This document shows, piece after piece, positions 11,199 to 22,029 of a DNA stretch of 64,000 bases. Within the stretch, counting starts at the first letter, position 1. Each line of letters starts with the position of its first letter. The position numbers and the translations under genes were made by a program. Where the stretch lies: NCBI GenBank assembly GCA_038087875.1, contig CM075978.1:183024001-183088000 (forward strand). The letters are read 5' to 3'. The notes under the pieces are model-generated. The model did not search any database and had not been told where the DNA came from. It worked only from the letters and a program-made list of their open reading frames with translations. Source of the DNA: Malacoraja senta (lineage: Eukaryota).

Positions 11199-12518
11199 AT
11201 CATTGGACAAAGTCAGCATGGATTTATGAAAGGTAAATCATGTCTGACGAATCTTATAGAATTTTTCGAGGATGTAACTAGTAGAGTGGATAGGGGAGAA
11301 CCAGTGGATGTGTTGTATCTGGACTTTCAGAAGGCTTTCGACAAGGTCCCACATAAGAGATTAGTATACAAACTTAAAGCACACGGTATTGGGGGTTCAG
11401 TATTGATGTGGATAGAGAACTGGCTGGCAAACAGGAAGCAAAGAGTAGGAGTAAACGGGTCCTTTTCACAATGGCAGGCAGTGACTAGTGGGGTACCGCA
11501 AGGCTCAGTGCTGGGACCCCAGCTATTTACAATTTATATTAATGAGCTGGATGAGGGAATTGAAGGCAACATCTCCAAGTTTGCGGATGACACTAAGCTG
11601 GGGGCAGTGTTAGCTGTGAGGAGGATGCTAGGGGACTGCAAGGTGACTTGGATAGGCTGGGTGAGTGGGCAAATGTTTGGCAGATGCAGTATAATGTGGA
11701 TAAATGTGAGGTTATCCACTTTGGTGGCAAAAACAGGAAAGCAGACTATTATCTAAATGGTGGCCGATTAGGAAAAGGGGAGATGCAGCGAGACCTGGGT
11801 ATCATGGTACACCAGTCATTGAAAGTAGGCATGCAGGTGCAGCAGGCAGTGAAGAAAGCGAATGGTATGTTAGCTTTCATAGCAAAAGGATTTCAGTATA
11901 GGAGCAGGGAGGTTCTACTGTAGTTGTACAGGGTCTTGGTGAGACCACACCTGGAGTATTGCATACAGTTTTGGTCTCCAAATCTGAGGAAGGACATTAT
12001 AGCCATAGAGGGAGTGCAGAGAAGGTTCACCAGACTGATTCCTGGGATGTCAGGACTTTCATATGAAGAAAGACTGGATAGACTTCGGCTTGTACTCGCT
12101 AGAATTTAGGAGATTGAGGGGGGATCTTATAGAAACTTACAAAATTCTTAAGGGGTTGGACAGGTTAGATGCAGGAAGATTGTTCCCGATGTTGGGGAAG
12201 TCCAGGACAAGGGGTCACAGCTTAACGATAGAGGGGAAATCCTTTCGGACCGAGATGAGAACAACTTTTTTCACACAGAGAGTGGTGAATCTCTGGAACT
12301 CTCTGCCACAGAAGGTAGTTGAGGCCAGTTCATTGGCTATATTTAAGAGGGAGTTAGATGTGGCCCTTGTGGCTAAAGGGATCAGGGGGTATGGAGAGAA
12401 GGCAGGTACGGGATACTGAGTTGGATGATCAGCCATGATCATATTGAATGGCGGTGCAGGCTCGAAGGGCCGAATGGCCTACTCCTGCACCTATTTTCTA
12501 TGTATCTACGTATCTATG
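11199..12518 (+). mobile_element. 5'-truncated CR1 LINE (RT and 3' UTR)
   Basis: [47 protein letters not shown]; (tatc/tatg)n tail; one frameshift and one stop. Confidence 0.95.
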
Positions 12519-13249
12519 TAACTCTGCCCCAGTGCCGCTGTGCCGCTGTACCGCACATTATTGAATGTAGAAATAGTGCAAAGGGCCAAATGGTCTACAC
12601 CCATTGCTAAAATCCACCAGAAAGCTTCCTGACCATTCCCAAACTGTCCATGCAGCGCTGGTCTTCAATTGCCTGACCCACCATCCACTTCTGTTGTGCT
12701 CCTTGGTAGAAAAAAGACCAAGAGTCATCTCCTTCAACCCTAAGTCCTGCTCCACCATTCTACCAGTTCATGACTAATCATCCACTCCAGTCTCCACTCC
12801 TACCTCTTCATATCATAAGGAATAGTAGAATTATGCCATTCGGTCCATCAATTATATTGTGCCATTCAATCGTGGCTGATCTATCTCTCCCTCCTAACCC
12901 CATTCTCCTGCCTTCTCCCCATAACCTCTGACACCCGTACTAATCAAAAACTAATATCCTTTGATCCCTTTGGCATTAAGAACTATATTAACCTCTTTCA
13001 TGATGATGTTTAATGACTCAGCATTCACTAACTTTGCGAAAAGGTTCTCCACTCGCTGCCGAAGAAATTTCTCCTGAACTCAATCTATAATCAGTGGTGT
13101 TCCACAGGGATCTGTGTTGGGACCTCTGTTATATACATAAATGACTTGGATGCTAACGTAGATAGGTTAGTCACACCAAAGATGCAGATGTGGGTTCGAT
13201 CCTTCCGATAAAGAAAACCCCAGTGTTTTTGGTGAGGACAATCTTAAGC

Positions 13250-13475
13250 TTAGTTTAGAGATACAGCGCGGAAACAGGCTCTTCGTGTCCTGCGAATTAA
13301 CATGCAAACCTGTACGCCTTTGAAGTGTGGGGGAACACCGGAGCACCCGGAGAAAACCCACGCGGTCACAGGAAGAATGCACAAACTCCGTACAAACAGC
13401 ACCCGTAATCAAGATCGAACCCAGGTCTCTGGCGCTGTGAGGCAGCAACTCTACCGCTGCGCCACTGTGCCGCAT
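13250..13475 (-). mobile_element. HE1-like SINE with internal deletion
   Basis: Reverse complement ggcacagtggcgcagcggtagagttgctgcc...ctgggttcgatc. Confidence 0.8.
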
Positions 13476-13577
13476 CTTCAACTCCAGAATATTTCATTTA
13501 CTCTGCGGAAAACGTGTCCCATAACATTGACCTTGAAATCGGTTCAGAAGTAGGTGCAATAAATTTGTCCATCTCGT

Positions 13578-13882
13578 TCACAGTATTACAAAACATTGAA
13601 AACAGTTGCACAGGAAACTAACCCGCGGGAAAATGTAATACAAACGGCCCAGGGGTTGATTAAATATTATAAACGGGTTAAACCACCAAGTCGTGAAATA
13701 TTATAGCATAAACTAAATCCATTAAGTATCGAACAATTTTAAATACACCCAATAGTATTTAAAATTGGTTTGACCGAAATAATCCGTTTATAATATTCAA
13801 TCAAACCCTGTCCCGTTTGTATTAAATTCTCCCGCGGGTTAGTTCCCTGTGCAACTGTTTTCAATGTTTTGTAATACTGTGA
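13578..13882. repeat. Foldback/MITE-like element with ~100-bp inverted arms
   Basis: tcacagtattacaaaacattgaaaacagttgcacaggaaactaacccgcggg... is mirrored by ...cccgcgggttagttccctgtgcaactgttttcaatgttttgtaatactgtga. Confidence 0.75.
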
Positions 13883-14024
13883 TAAATATATTGGGTGTCT
13901 TAAAATTATTCGATTTATATAATTTTAAATACACCCAATGTATATTATATATATTTTATATATATATTATATATATATTGAGTGTAGTAAAATTATTCGA
14001 TACTTAATGTAGTTAGTTTATGCG

Positions 14025-14027
<3 letters not shown>

Positions 14028-14078
<51 letters not shown>
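14028..14078. repeat. (TA)n microsatellite
   Basis: Directly visible. Confidence 0.95.
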
Positions 14079-14081
<3 letters not shown>

Positions 14082-14959
14082 CATATATACAATTGAATAA
14101 TCTTTGTGAGGGACTGTGTGAGTTGTGTGTGTGTGTGTTTTGACTGGTGATCTCTCTCACAGAATTATTCAATTGTCTTTGCTGATCAGTATTGCCTTCG
14201 TTGATTTTCTTCGGTTTGACAATGTTTTTGTGCTTTTGGTCCCGAGCTGAACACGCAAAGGGGTACATTCAGAGACAAAGTCAGGAATGTCCCGTCCGGA
14301 GATGGGAGGGGGGTGGGCGCTAGGGAAAAAAATTCGGTAACACTCGAGCGCACTCATTAAAAAAAGCAAAACCGTTGGGGGAACTCAGCGAGTCAGGCAG
14401 CCCGCCGGATCAGTTACGCTTCTAGCGTTGGACACACAAGAGATCGATGCTGAAACCTGGAGATTCTTAAACGAACTATTGAAGGCAGAAGATCCCGATA
14501 CAGGGTCTTGACCCCACCAAACCCTCGACTATCTCTCCACAGATGCTGCCTGACCCGCTGAGCTCTCCCAGCAATTTGCATTGCGGAGTTAGCGTTACTG
14601 CAGCGGGCGGCGGCTCACACTAGCAGTTGAAAAAACATATATAATGTGAGGGGTGACTGCAGTTGTTGGTTTAAACCGAAGATAAACACAAAACGCTGGA
14701 GTAACTCAGCGCCGAGTTACTTCAGCTTTTTATGTCTATCTTATATTTTTGGGAAGGTTTGTTACGTCCCCGAGATATACTATCAAATGAGAGTATAGAT
14801 CCCCGTCCCTAATCTTACTCCACAAGAGAAATTAGGGAGATTCCAATTCCATGCACCCCATCCTTTGTTAACCGACCTCTGGTATGGGACCTTGTCAAAT
14901 GCCTTTCAAAGATCCACGCGGAACTGTGTTGTTGTTCAAAGGTAGCTGATAAGTGTGAG

Positions 14960-15757
14960 GCGCTACATCTTGGCAGGACAAATCAAAATAGGACGTACAT
15001 GGTAAATGGTAGGGAATTGAAGAATGCAGGTGAACAGAGGGATTTTGGAATAACTGTGCACAGTTCCCTGAAAGTGGAATCTCATGTAGATAGGGTGGTA
15101 AAGAAAGCTTTTGGTGTGCTGGCTTTTATAAATCAGAGCATTGAGTATAGAAGTTGGGATGTAATGTTAAAATTGTACAAGGCATTGGTGAGGCCAATTC
15201 TGGAGTATGGTGTACAATTTTGGTCGCCTAATTATAGGAAGGATGTCAACAAAATAGAGAGAGTACAGAGGAGATTTACTAGAATGTTGCCTGGGTTTCA
15301 GCAACTAAGTTACAGAGAAAGGTTGAACAAGTTAGGGCTTTATTCTTTGGAGCGCAGAAGGTTAAGGGGGGGACTTGATAGAGGTCTTTAAAATGATGAG
15401 AGGGATAGACAGAGTTGACGTGGATAAGCTTTTCCCACTGAGAGTAGGGAAGATTCAAACAAGGGGACATGACTTGAGAATTAAGGGACAGAAGTTTAGG
15501 GGTAACATGAGGGGGAACTTCTTTACTCAGAGAGTGGTGGCTGTGTGGAATGAGCTTCCAGTGAAGGTGGTGGAGGCAGGTTCGTTTTTTATCATTTAAA
15601 AATAAATTGGATAGTTATATGGACGGGAAAGGAATGGAGGGTTATGGTCTGAGCGCAGGTATATGGGACTAGGGGAGAATACGTGTTCGGCACGGACTAG
15701 AAGGGTCGAGATGGCCTGTTTCCGTGCTGTAATTGTTATATGGTTATATGGTTATAT
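14960..15757 (+). mobile_element. CR1 LINE 3' fragment of a second subfamily
   Basis: ORF 14999..15391 (RPILEYGVQFWSP); distinct 3' end ggactagaagggtcgagatggcctgtttccgtgctgt with (tatggt)n tail. Confidence 0.9.
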
Positions 15758-16227
15758 GATACAAATTGGTAAAGACCAAGTTGCAGGCACAGCATGCGAT
15801 AAAGAGGATAAATATCATGGTAGTCTTCATACCTAAATATTTTTTTCCCCGGCTCACCAATTTCGGACTGGAGGGCACAGTCTCGGAACAAGGCTCACGC
15901 TGTTTAGGATGGAGGTGAGGAGAAATGTTTTCACTTATAGAGAGTTCACAAGTCCCTCTAAGGAGGACACGGAGAGGCGAATGGGCAGGGACCCTTCTTC
16001 AGTCCCGACCCGAAATGTCGCCTGTCCATTCGATCCACAGGTGCTGCCCGACGCGCTAAGTTACTCCAACACTTTGTGTTTCGCTCGAGATTCCAGCATC
16101 TTAGACCAATTTCGCACCAACTCCATTTAATTCCCCCCACATTCCCATCAATTACCCCCGCCGCAATTCTACCAACGACCCCGAAAGAGCTCAGTGTTGA
16201 AGGGGTATAAAGGGTGCCGCTACTCAC

Positions 16228-16536
16228 CGGTTACCAAGAGCTCCGTGCCGGTCCCGTTCTGCACTTTGTTTTCATATTGGACACTGCAGTAATAGAGGCC
16301 GGAGTCCGAGACCCGCTCATCATGCAGGCGGAAGATCGCGCTAACTTTATTCCGAATTTCAAAACGGTGCCTCTGGCCACTGCTGGCCTCCAGATAGGAG
16401 CGCTCGCCGTCCTTCCACCAGCGAACTTGGACCCCGGAGTTGACCCGCACGAAGGGGAAGGTGCAGTAAAAGGTCGCCTTCTCTCCCGCGCCGAAGGTGA
16501 GAATCGTCGGCAGCTGTTTCACCAAATCAATGGAAA
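16228..16536 (-). CDS. VJ-C1 IgSF receptor, exon 2 (V domain with J-like G strand): SIDLVKQLPTILTFGAGEKATFYCTFPFVRVNSGVQVRWWKDGERSYLEASSGQRHRFEIRNKVSAIFRLHDERVSDSGLYYCSVQYENKVQNGTGTELLVT
   Basis: Acceptor atttttctttctAG, donor ACCG|gtgagt, 309 nt, phase 1-1. G-E-K-A-T-F-Y-C, V-R-W, D-S-G-L-Y-Y-C and G-T-G-T-E-L-L-V motifs. Confidence 0.93.
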
Positions 16537-16802
16537 CTAGAAAGAAAAATAAATGAAACGGACATGTGGAGCAGAAAACGACGGAGAAACACTTAGCGGG
16601 TCGGGCAGCATCTGTGGAGAGAGGAACGGAGATAACGTTTATTCCTCCTTCAGAGACACAGAAGCCTGCAGATGCTGTAATCTGGAGCAAATGCAAACCC
16701 TGCTTGTGGAAATAAGGAACTGCAGATGCTGGTTAATACACAAAAGACACAAAGTGCTGGAGTAACTCAGCAACACGGAGAACATGGACGCGGTGACGTT
16801 TC

Positions 16803-16837
16803 GGGTCTGAAGAAGGATCTCGACTTGAAATGTCACC
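16803..16837 (+). ncRNA. Minimal hammerhead motif in intron 1 (antisense to the gene)
   Basis: GGU-CUGAAGA-AGGAUCUCGACUU-GAAA-U-GUC|ACC; helix II is weakened. Lies within repeat copies spanning about 16550-16930. Confidence 0.45.
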
Positions 16838-17021
16838 TATCCATGTTCCCCAGAGATGCTGCCTGACCCGCTGAGTTACTCCAGCACTTTGTGTTCTGCT
16901 CTAGATTCCAGCATCTGCAGTTTCTTGGAAACGTTCCATTTTCCAGACCGCTCTGTGATATAACAGTAGCCCCGAGTGAAAGGAGAACCCGTGAAGGGGA
17001 GAGGGCTGCCGGGTGACCCAC

Positions 17022-17097
17022 CTGCCGAGAGCACGGTCAGGTGTAGAAGCAGCGCGGCGGCTCCGGCGGCCTTGTGGAGCACTGGCAGCCCGGCCAT
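17022..17097 (-). CDS. VJ-C1 IgSF receptor, exon 1 (signal peptide): MAGLPVLHKAAGAAALLLHLTVLSA
   Basis: ATG at 17097 in context tcATGG; hydrophobic core; donor GCAG|gtgggt in phase 1 matching the V exon. Confidence 0.85.
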
Positions 17098-17330
17098 GAC
17101 TGAGCGCTGCCGGCGCGGAGAGGCACAGAGGCGGGGAGCGGCCCGCGGCTCGCTCCGGTGGCTGCGGTTTGTTCTCAGCGCCCGGCTTCACCCTGCAGCT
17201 GCGACCGCAGTCAGCAACTGTCAAACCCGCTCGAGTGATAAAGGTGGGACAACGAATGTTGGGGCGGGAGGAGGGTTCATACCACTGCGCCCATACCACA
17301 GCGCCCATCCAGCCCGCTACTTTCTGTGCA
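17098..17330 (-). promoter_or_regulatory. CpG-island 5' UTR/promoter of the receptor gene
   Basis: GC-rich region with GC box (ggggcggga, 17261-17269), RUNX-like TGCGGT (17163-17168) and E-box CAGCTG (17196-17201). Short motifs can occur by chance. Confidence 0.5.
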
Positions 17331-17658
17331 GTCCACAGTCTGAACAAGGGTGCCGACCCGAAACATCGCCTGTCCACCCCCACCCCTGTTGCTGCCTGAT
17401 CCGCCGAGTTCCTCCGGCACTTCGTGTTTTGCTCAAGATTCCAGCACCTGCAGTTCCAGCATCTAGAGTGCGGCCCTGACCTCTCATCTACCTTGGAACT
17501 ATCTTTAATCAGACTTTGTGTGAAGGAACTGCAGATGCTGGTTTAAACCGAAGATACACACAAAATGTTGGAGTAACACAGCGGGACAAGCAGCAACTCT
17601 GGACAGAAGGAATGGGTGACGTTTCGGGTCGAGACCCTTCTTGGTGACGTTTCGGGTC

Positions 17659-17692
17659 GGTCTGAAGAAGGGTCTCGACCCGAAACGTAATC
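17659..17692 (+). ncRNA. Minimal hammerhead motif
   Basis: GGU-CUGAAGA-A-GGGUCUCGACCC-GAAA-C-GUA|AUC; perfect helix II. Within a repeat cluster spanning about 17335-17725. Confidence 0.55.
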
Positions 17693-19519
17693 TATTCCTT
17701 TTCTCCAGAGATGTGTCTATCTTTAATCAGACTTTATCAGACTTCAATGCCATATCTTTGCACAAGATGTACCTTTATCATGTAGGGTGGCTCGATTGTA
17801 ATCGTGTATTGTCTTTCCGCTGACTGGTTAGCACGCAACAAAAGCTTTTCACTGTACCTCGGTACGTGACAATAACCTCAACGAAACTAAACACACAGGT
17901 TTTGTAGGATAATTCGCTTCGGAAAGTTGTAAATTATCCCTAGTGTGAAGGGTAGTGTTAGCACAGGTTGATCCTGGTCACCATGCATCGTCTAAAAAAT
18001 CAGTAGTAATCAATGGTTTCAACGGTGACGGGGAAAAGGCAGGAAAATGGGGTTCAGAGGGAAACATTTGTCACATATATGAAGACACAAGTGCTGGAGT
18101 TCATTAATAATTGAGCTTTCATTCAGAAGGCTGGCAAATAATAACCAGCCAATAATGGTGTAAAATGTTAAGAAGAATACTGCGCTTTTTATCAGTTTGT
18201 CTGAAATCAGCTTTAAAGCTTTTTCCATTCTGCAAAACATTTCAGTTTTTTGATTTAACCAACATCTCTACATCCATTTTTAAATATTTACTGCTTTGTA
18301 ACACAAGTTTTCATGTTCAAAATTAAACTGAAATTATTTTCTTACATCTTTCTAAAACTTCCTTCAGCTTTACATGGTACAATACGAGGCTTTTAAGAGG
18401 CATTTGAATAGGCACATGTATATGCAGGGCATGTTGGGATTTAGATCACACACAGGCATAGGAAAATAGTTCAACTTGGCATCATGTTCGGCACAGACAG
18501 TGTGCACCATAGGGCCTGTTCCTATGCTGCGCTGTTCTATGCTTAATGATCTTTATTTTCTTGGCATGTTTCTGAAATGCACGTAGCCATTGTTTACTGA
18601 AATAAATCATCAAGGTCTTCATTTGAAAATTGAAATCTCTTTATGGAAATCTATTTCACAAATTTGTGATTATAAGTCGAAAAAAAAGAACTTGCGATAT
18701 ATTTCAGTACCCAGAGAATTAAAAAAAAAACATAAGGAAAATGCAATCAGATCTTGTAAAATAAAAATGAGTTTAAAACGTGTTCAATTTGCTCAACAAT
18801 AAATGGTTGCAATTAAATTATACAGTTTCTGCTGTATGTCTGTACACAATGACTCATTGTCTTTACAAGAAAGGTTTATTTCCTTTTTCCATTAACCTTC
18901 CTCACCCATAGTTTTATAGCAGTTTTATATTTTTTCTTGCATACACCATAATACGGGGCGACCTTCTTTGTTGTCAACATTTTGGACTTTCTTGCACGTG
19001 TCAGTTGAACATTTTGTATGTTTGATGAAGTAGTTTGGAAGACCTTTTGCAAATGGACTGAAAATCCAGGCTTTTTCGACATCAATTTGAGATTCTAGTT
19101 GCTGCTCTGTTTTTGCCTGGCTCACTGATTCTGAGAACGAGATGCTATCTTTATTGCAGCTGTGGTGGTGATGTTTCACGGCAATGTACGAATGAGTGAA
19201 AAGGGTTAAATCAATAAAACGGCAATTGAAATTCTAGTGGTATGTGTGGTGAGAATGGGGTTCTGAATAATCGCTAAACTACTGCATTTATTTCAATATA
19301 TACAATCATGCTCTGAAGAGCGACATACATTTATTTTAAAGCACCTTGTCCTACTACATTCATTTGCTTAGAAAATGAATTTGCTGTATATATTTTCTTT
19401 GGATGTGGTTAAATTCAAATAGTATTGATTCAGGGATAATTAGGTTTATTGGTTAATAATTAGGTATAATTGGTTTATAGTTTTAGTTTAATTTAGAGAA
19501 ACAGTGCGTAATAGTGTGC

Positions 19520-20018
19520 AGGGGCAGCTCATTTCCCCTTATTCCCCAGCACTCCCTCCCCTCCTCTACATCCTCCCTCGTTTTAAACTTTAATAAAAAT
19601 GCATGCACTTGCTGCTAGGACTTAAAAAAATAATTCCAATTCCACTTCCCCTGCCTCTCCCAGCACTCCCTCCCCCTCCTGTTCAGCCTCCCTCTGCCAG
19701 GACTCAGTGTCCTGTGATTGCAACGTTGTTGCAAATGAGATCCCATTGTGACGTCATAGCTGTAGCTGCCACTGCAACGGCCACTGCAGTGTTCAAGTCA
19801 ATATTTCCCAAACTGGATGTTGCAAAGTTAAAAATGTCAATAACTTCAAAAATATAACATCAATCTGAACGAAACTTGATCAAAACACACCACAAGACAA
19901 TTGTGAGTAAGGTGGTGCAAAAATTGCAGCACTATCGTGTACCGTTTTGGTGTAATTTCATGATCTCACTCACACGCAGACATCCAAACAAACAAGGTGA
20001 GAGCTTTAGTAATATATA
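19520..20018 (-). mobile_element. Non-autonomous Helitron-like unit 1 (3' end not recognisable)
   Basis: On the minus strand it begins TATATATTACTAAAGCTCTC directly after the CTAG of unit 2, and shares blocks with unit 2 (19700-19830 vs 20325-20500). Confidence 0.55.
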
Positions 20019-21204
20019 CTAGACCAAGTGGGACCCGTTGGGTCCCTGTCACATGGGAGGCCTGGTTCCCCCCCCCATTGCAACCTGTTCCCCCAATGCA
20101 ATATTCGACCACTCACCCATAGCCCCCACGGGAGGCCTGGTCCCCCAACGCAATCGTTCCCCAACTCAATATTCCACCACTCACCCTTTCCCCCAACACA
20201 ACCCGTTCTCCCAGCGCAATATCCCAGCACTCACCCATAGCCCCCAACTGCGCAGGGGTGGCTCAATTCCCTTTATTCACCCTCCCTCATTAAACTTTAA
20301 AACAAAATTCAATTGCACATGCACTTGCTGCCAGGACTCAGTGTCCTGGGATTTGCAACATTGTAGTGGGCAGGGCCAAAGATACTAGAGGAGCCTATCT
20401 TTGGGCATGGCTACAATCCCATAGTGACATCATAGCTGTAACTGCCACTGCAGTGTTCAAGTCATTTTTCTCAAAGTGGTGTTTTGCAAAGTTAAAAAAT
20501 GGGGTAAAGGGATGGTGTGGGTGTGTGGGGGGAGGGGGTGTGTGTGGGGAGGAGGGGGAAGGGCGGAGGAGGTGTGTGGGGGGGAGGGGTGGGGGGAAGG
20601 GGAGGATATGTGGGGAGGAGGGGGAATGGGAGGGGGGGAAGGGGGTGTGTGGGGGGAATGACTCCACTCAGCGGCCACCGGGCGTGGCACCACACAGCAC
20701 CTCCCGACTCCACACAGCGGCTTACCCAACTCCACACAGCGTCTCTCCCGACTCCACGCAGCGGCTCTCCCAACTCCACACAGCGGCTTTCCCGACTCCA
20801 CATAGCGGCTTTCCCGACTCCACACAGCAGCTTACCCAACTCCACACAGCAGCTTTCCCGACTCCACACAACGGCTTTCCCGACTCCACTCTTGCGGACT
20901 CAATCAGCACGGCTTGTTTACTCAGTCCCACCTCCGGGGCTTTATTCTCCGGCGGGTGCCGGAAGGGGCGTTACCTTCATGGTGACTGACAGGCGAGAAG
21001 ACCAATCTGCTGATCTCACGATTTTTTAAACCTTCATAATTTTTCTCATATTTCACCGATTGGAACAAAACTTGGTGCCTTGGCACAGAAGATAACGGTC
21101 AGTGAGGTGGTGAAAAAATCATAGCGATATAGGGTAGCGTTTTTGCGCAGATCTTATTACAACGCAGACCAGAAGTGGTCAAGATAAGAGTTTTAGTAAT
21201 AGGA
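20019..21204 (-). mobile_element. Non-autonomous Helitron-like unit 2
   Basis: Minus-strand 3' end GGGACCC-AAC-GGGTCCC hairpin, 7 nt, then CTAG|T; 5' end TCCTATTACTAAAACTC at the gap edge. Confidence 0.65.
20690..20890. repeat. 22-bp minisatellite, about 9 copies (cacacagcggctttcccgactc)
   Basis: Period 22 counted directly (20711 to 20733); explains the repetitive ORFs in this area. Confidence 0.9.
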
Positions 21205-21372
21205 NNNNNNNNNNNNNNNNNNNNNNNNNNNNNNNNNNNNNNNNNNNNNNNNNNNNNNNNNNNNNNNNNNNNNNNNNNNNNNNNNNNNNNNNNNNNNNNN
21301 NNNNNNNNNNNNNNNNNNNNNNNNNNNNNNNNNNNNNNNNNNNNNNNNNNNNNNNNNNNNNNNNNNNNNNNN
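21205..21372. other. Assembly gap (168 N)
   Basis: Run of N. Confidence 1.
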
Positions 21373-21800
21373 TTTCTGTGTCATGCTGCTCGCTTAATGG
21401 AGTGACAAACTCAGCCAAACTACAGGCATGCGCGGCCTGCTCGAGAGTTAAATCAGGATTCCGCAGCAACTCTAACCGTAGCTTTTTATCATTCATGCAA
21501 GACACTAATTTGTCCCTTATCAGCTGACAACTGTGTATTCACTCCTGCACACAGCTGGTAAGATTCTTGATCCCACTTCTGACACCATGTAAATGACTAA
21601 ATAATACAATCTGAAGTCCAAGATCATCTTTAATCAGTATTCAACTATAGCGGTACAGCACGTTGTTAGTTGTTAAAACATCATGACCGCTTCCAAGACT
21701 GACCAGTGCAGGAAGAGGGTGTTAGTATAAATCATACAGTAGGGTGGGGTGAGTGATGCTATTCTACTATGATTGGTTCTCATGCATAAACCAATCTACA
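21373..21800 (-). mobile_element. Gypsy-type LTR retrotransposon 5' end: LTR 21588-21800, PBS 21570-21587, gag remnant
   Basis: LTR runs TGTAGA...TTTACA, followed by TGGTGTCAGAAGTGGGAT (complement of the tRNA-Leu 3' end). The remnant LIRDKLVSCMNDKKLRLELLRNPDLTLEQA matches the Gypsy gag motif. Confidence 0.8.
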
Positions 21801-22029
21801 CAAAGATTAATTTAAACTTGGATAGGTGACTTTTTGGGTTGGACCCAACAATCAGTCTGATGAAGGGTCCTGACCCAAAACATCTCCCATCCATGTTCTC
21901 CAGAGACTGACCCATTGAGTTACTCCAGCACTTTGTATCTTGTTTTTTGTAAACCAGCATCGGTAGTTTCTTATTTCTACAAAAATCTAAATGTAAATGC
22001 TGCAATGTGAAATTCAGTTGGTAAGATCT

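Noticed and set aside
16901-17479. Overlapping 160-167-aa ORFs at the gene start
   Set aside because: Expected by-product of a GC-rich CpG island plus repeats; the true coding part is the 76-nt leader exon.
18019-19179. Hydrophobic or terminal-exon-like minus-strand ORFs (18019..18240, 18876..19085, 18925..19179)
   Set aside because: AT-rich sequence gives F/L/I/K-rich frames by chance; no convincing splice pair or homology.
20366-21029. Several 120-207-aa ORFs with repeats
   Set aside because: Fully explained by the G-rich tract and 22-bp minisatellite inside the Helitron-like unit.
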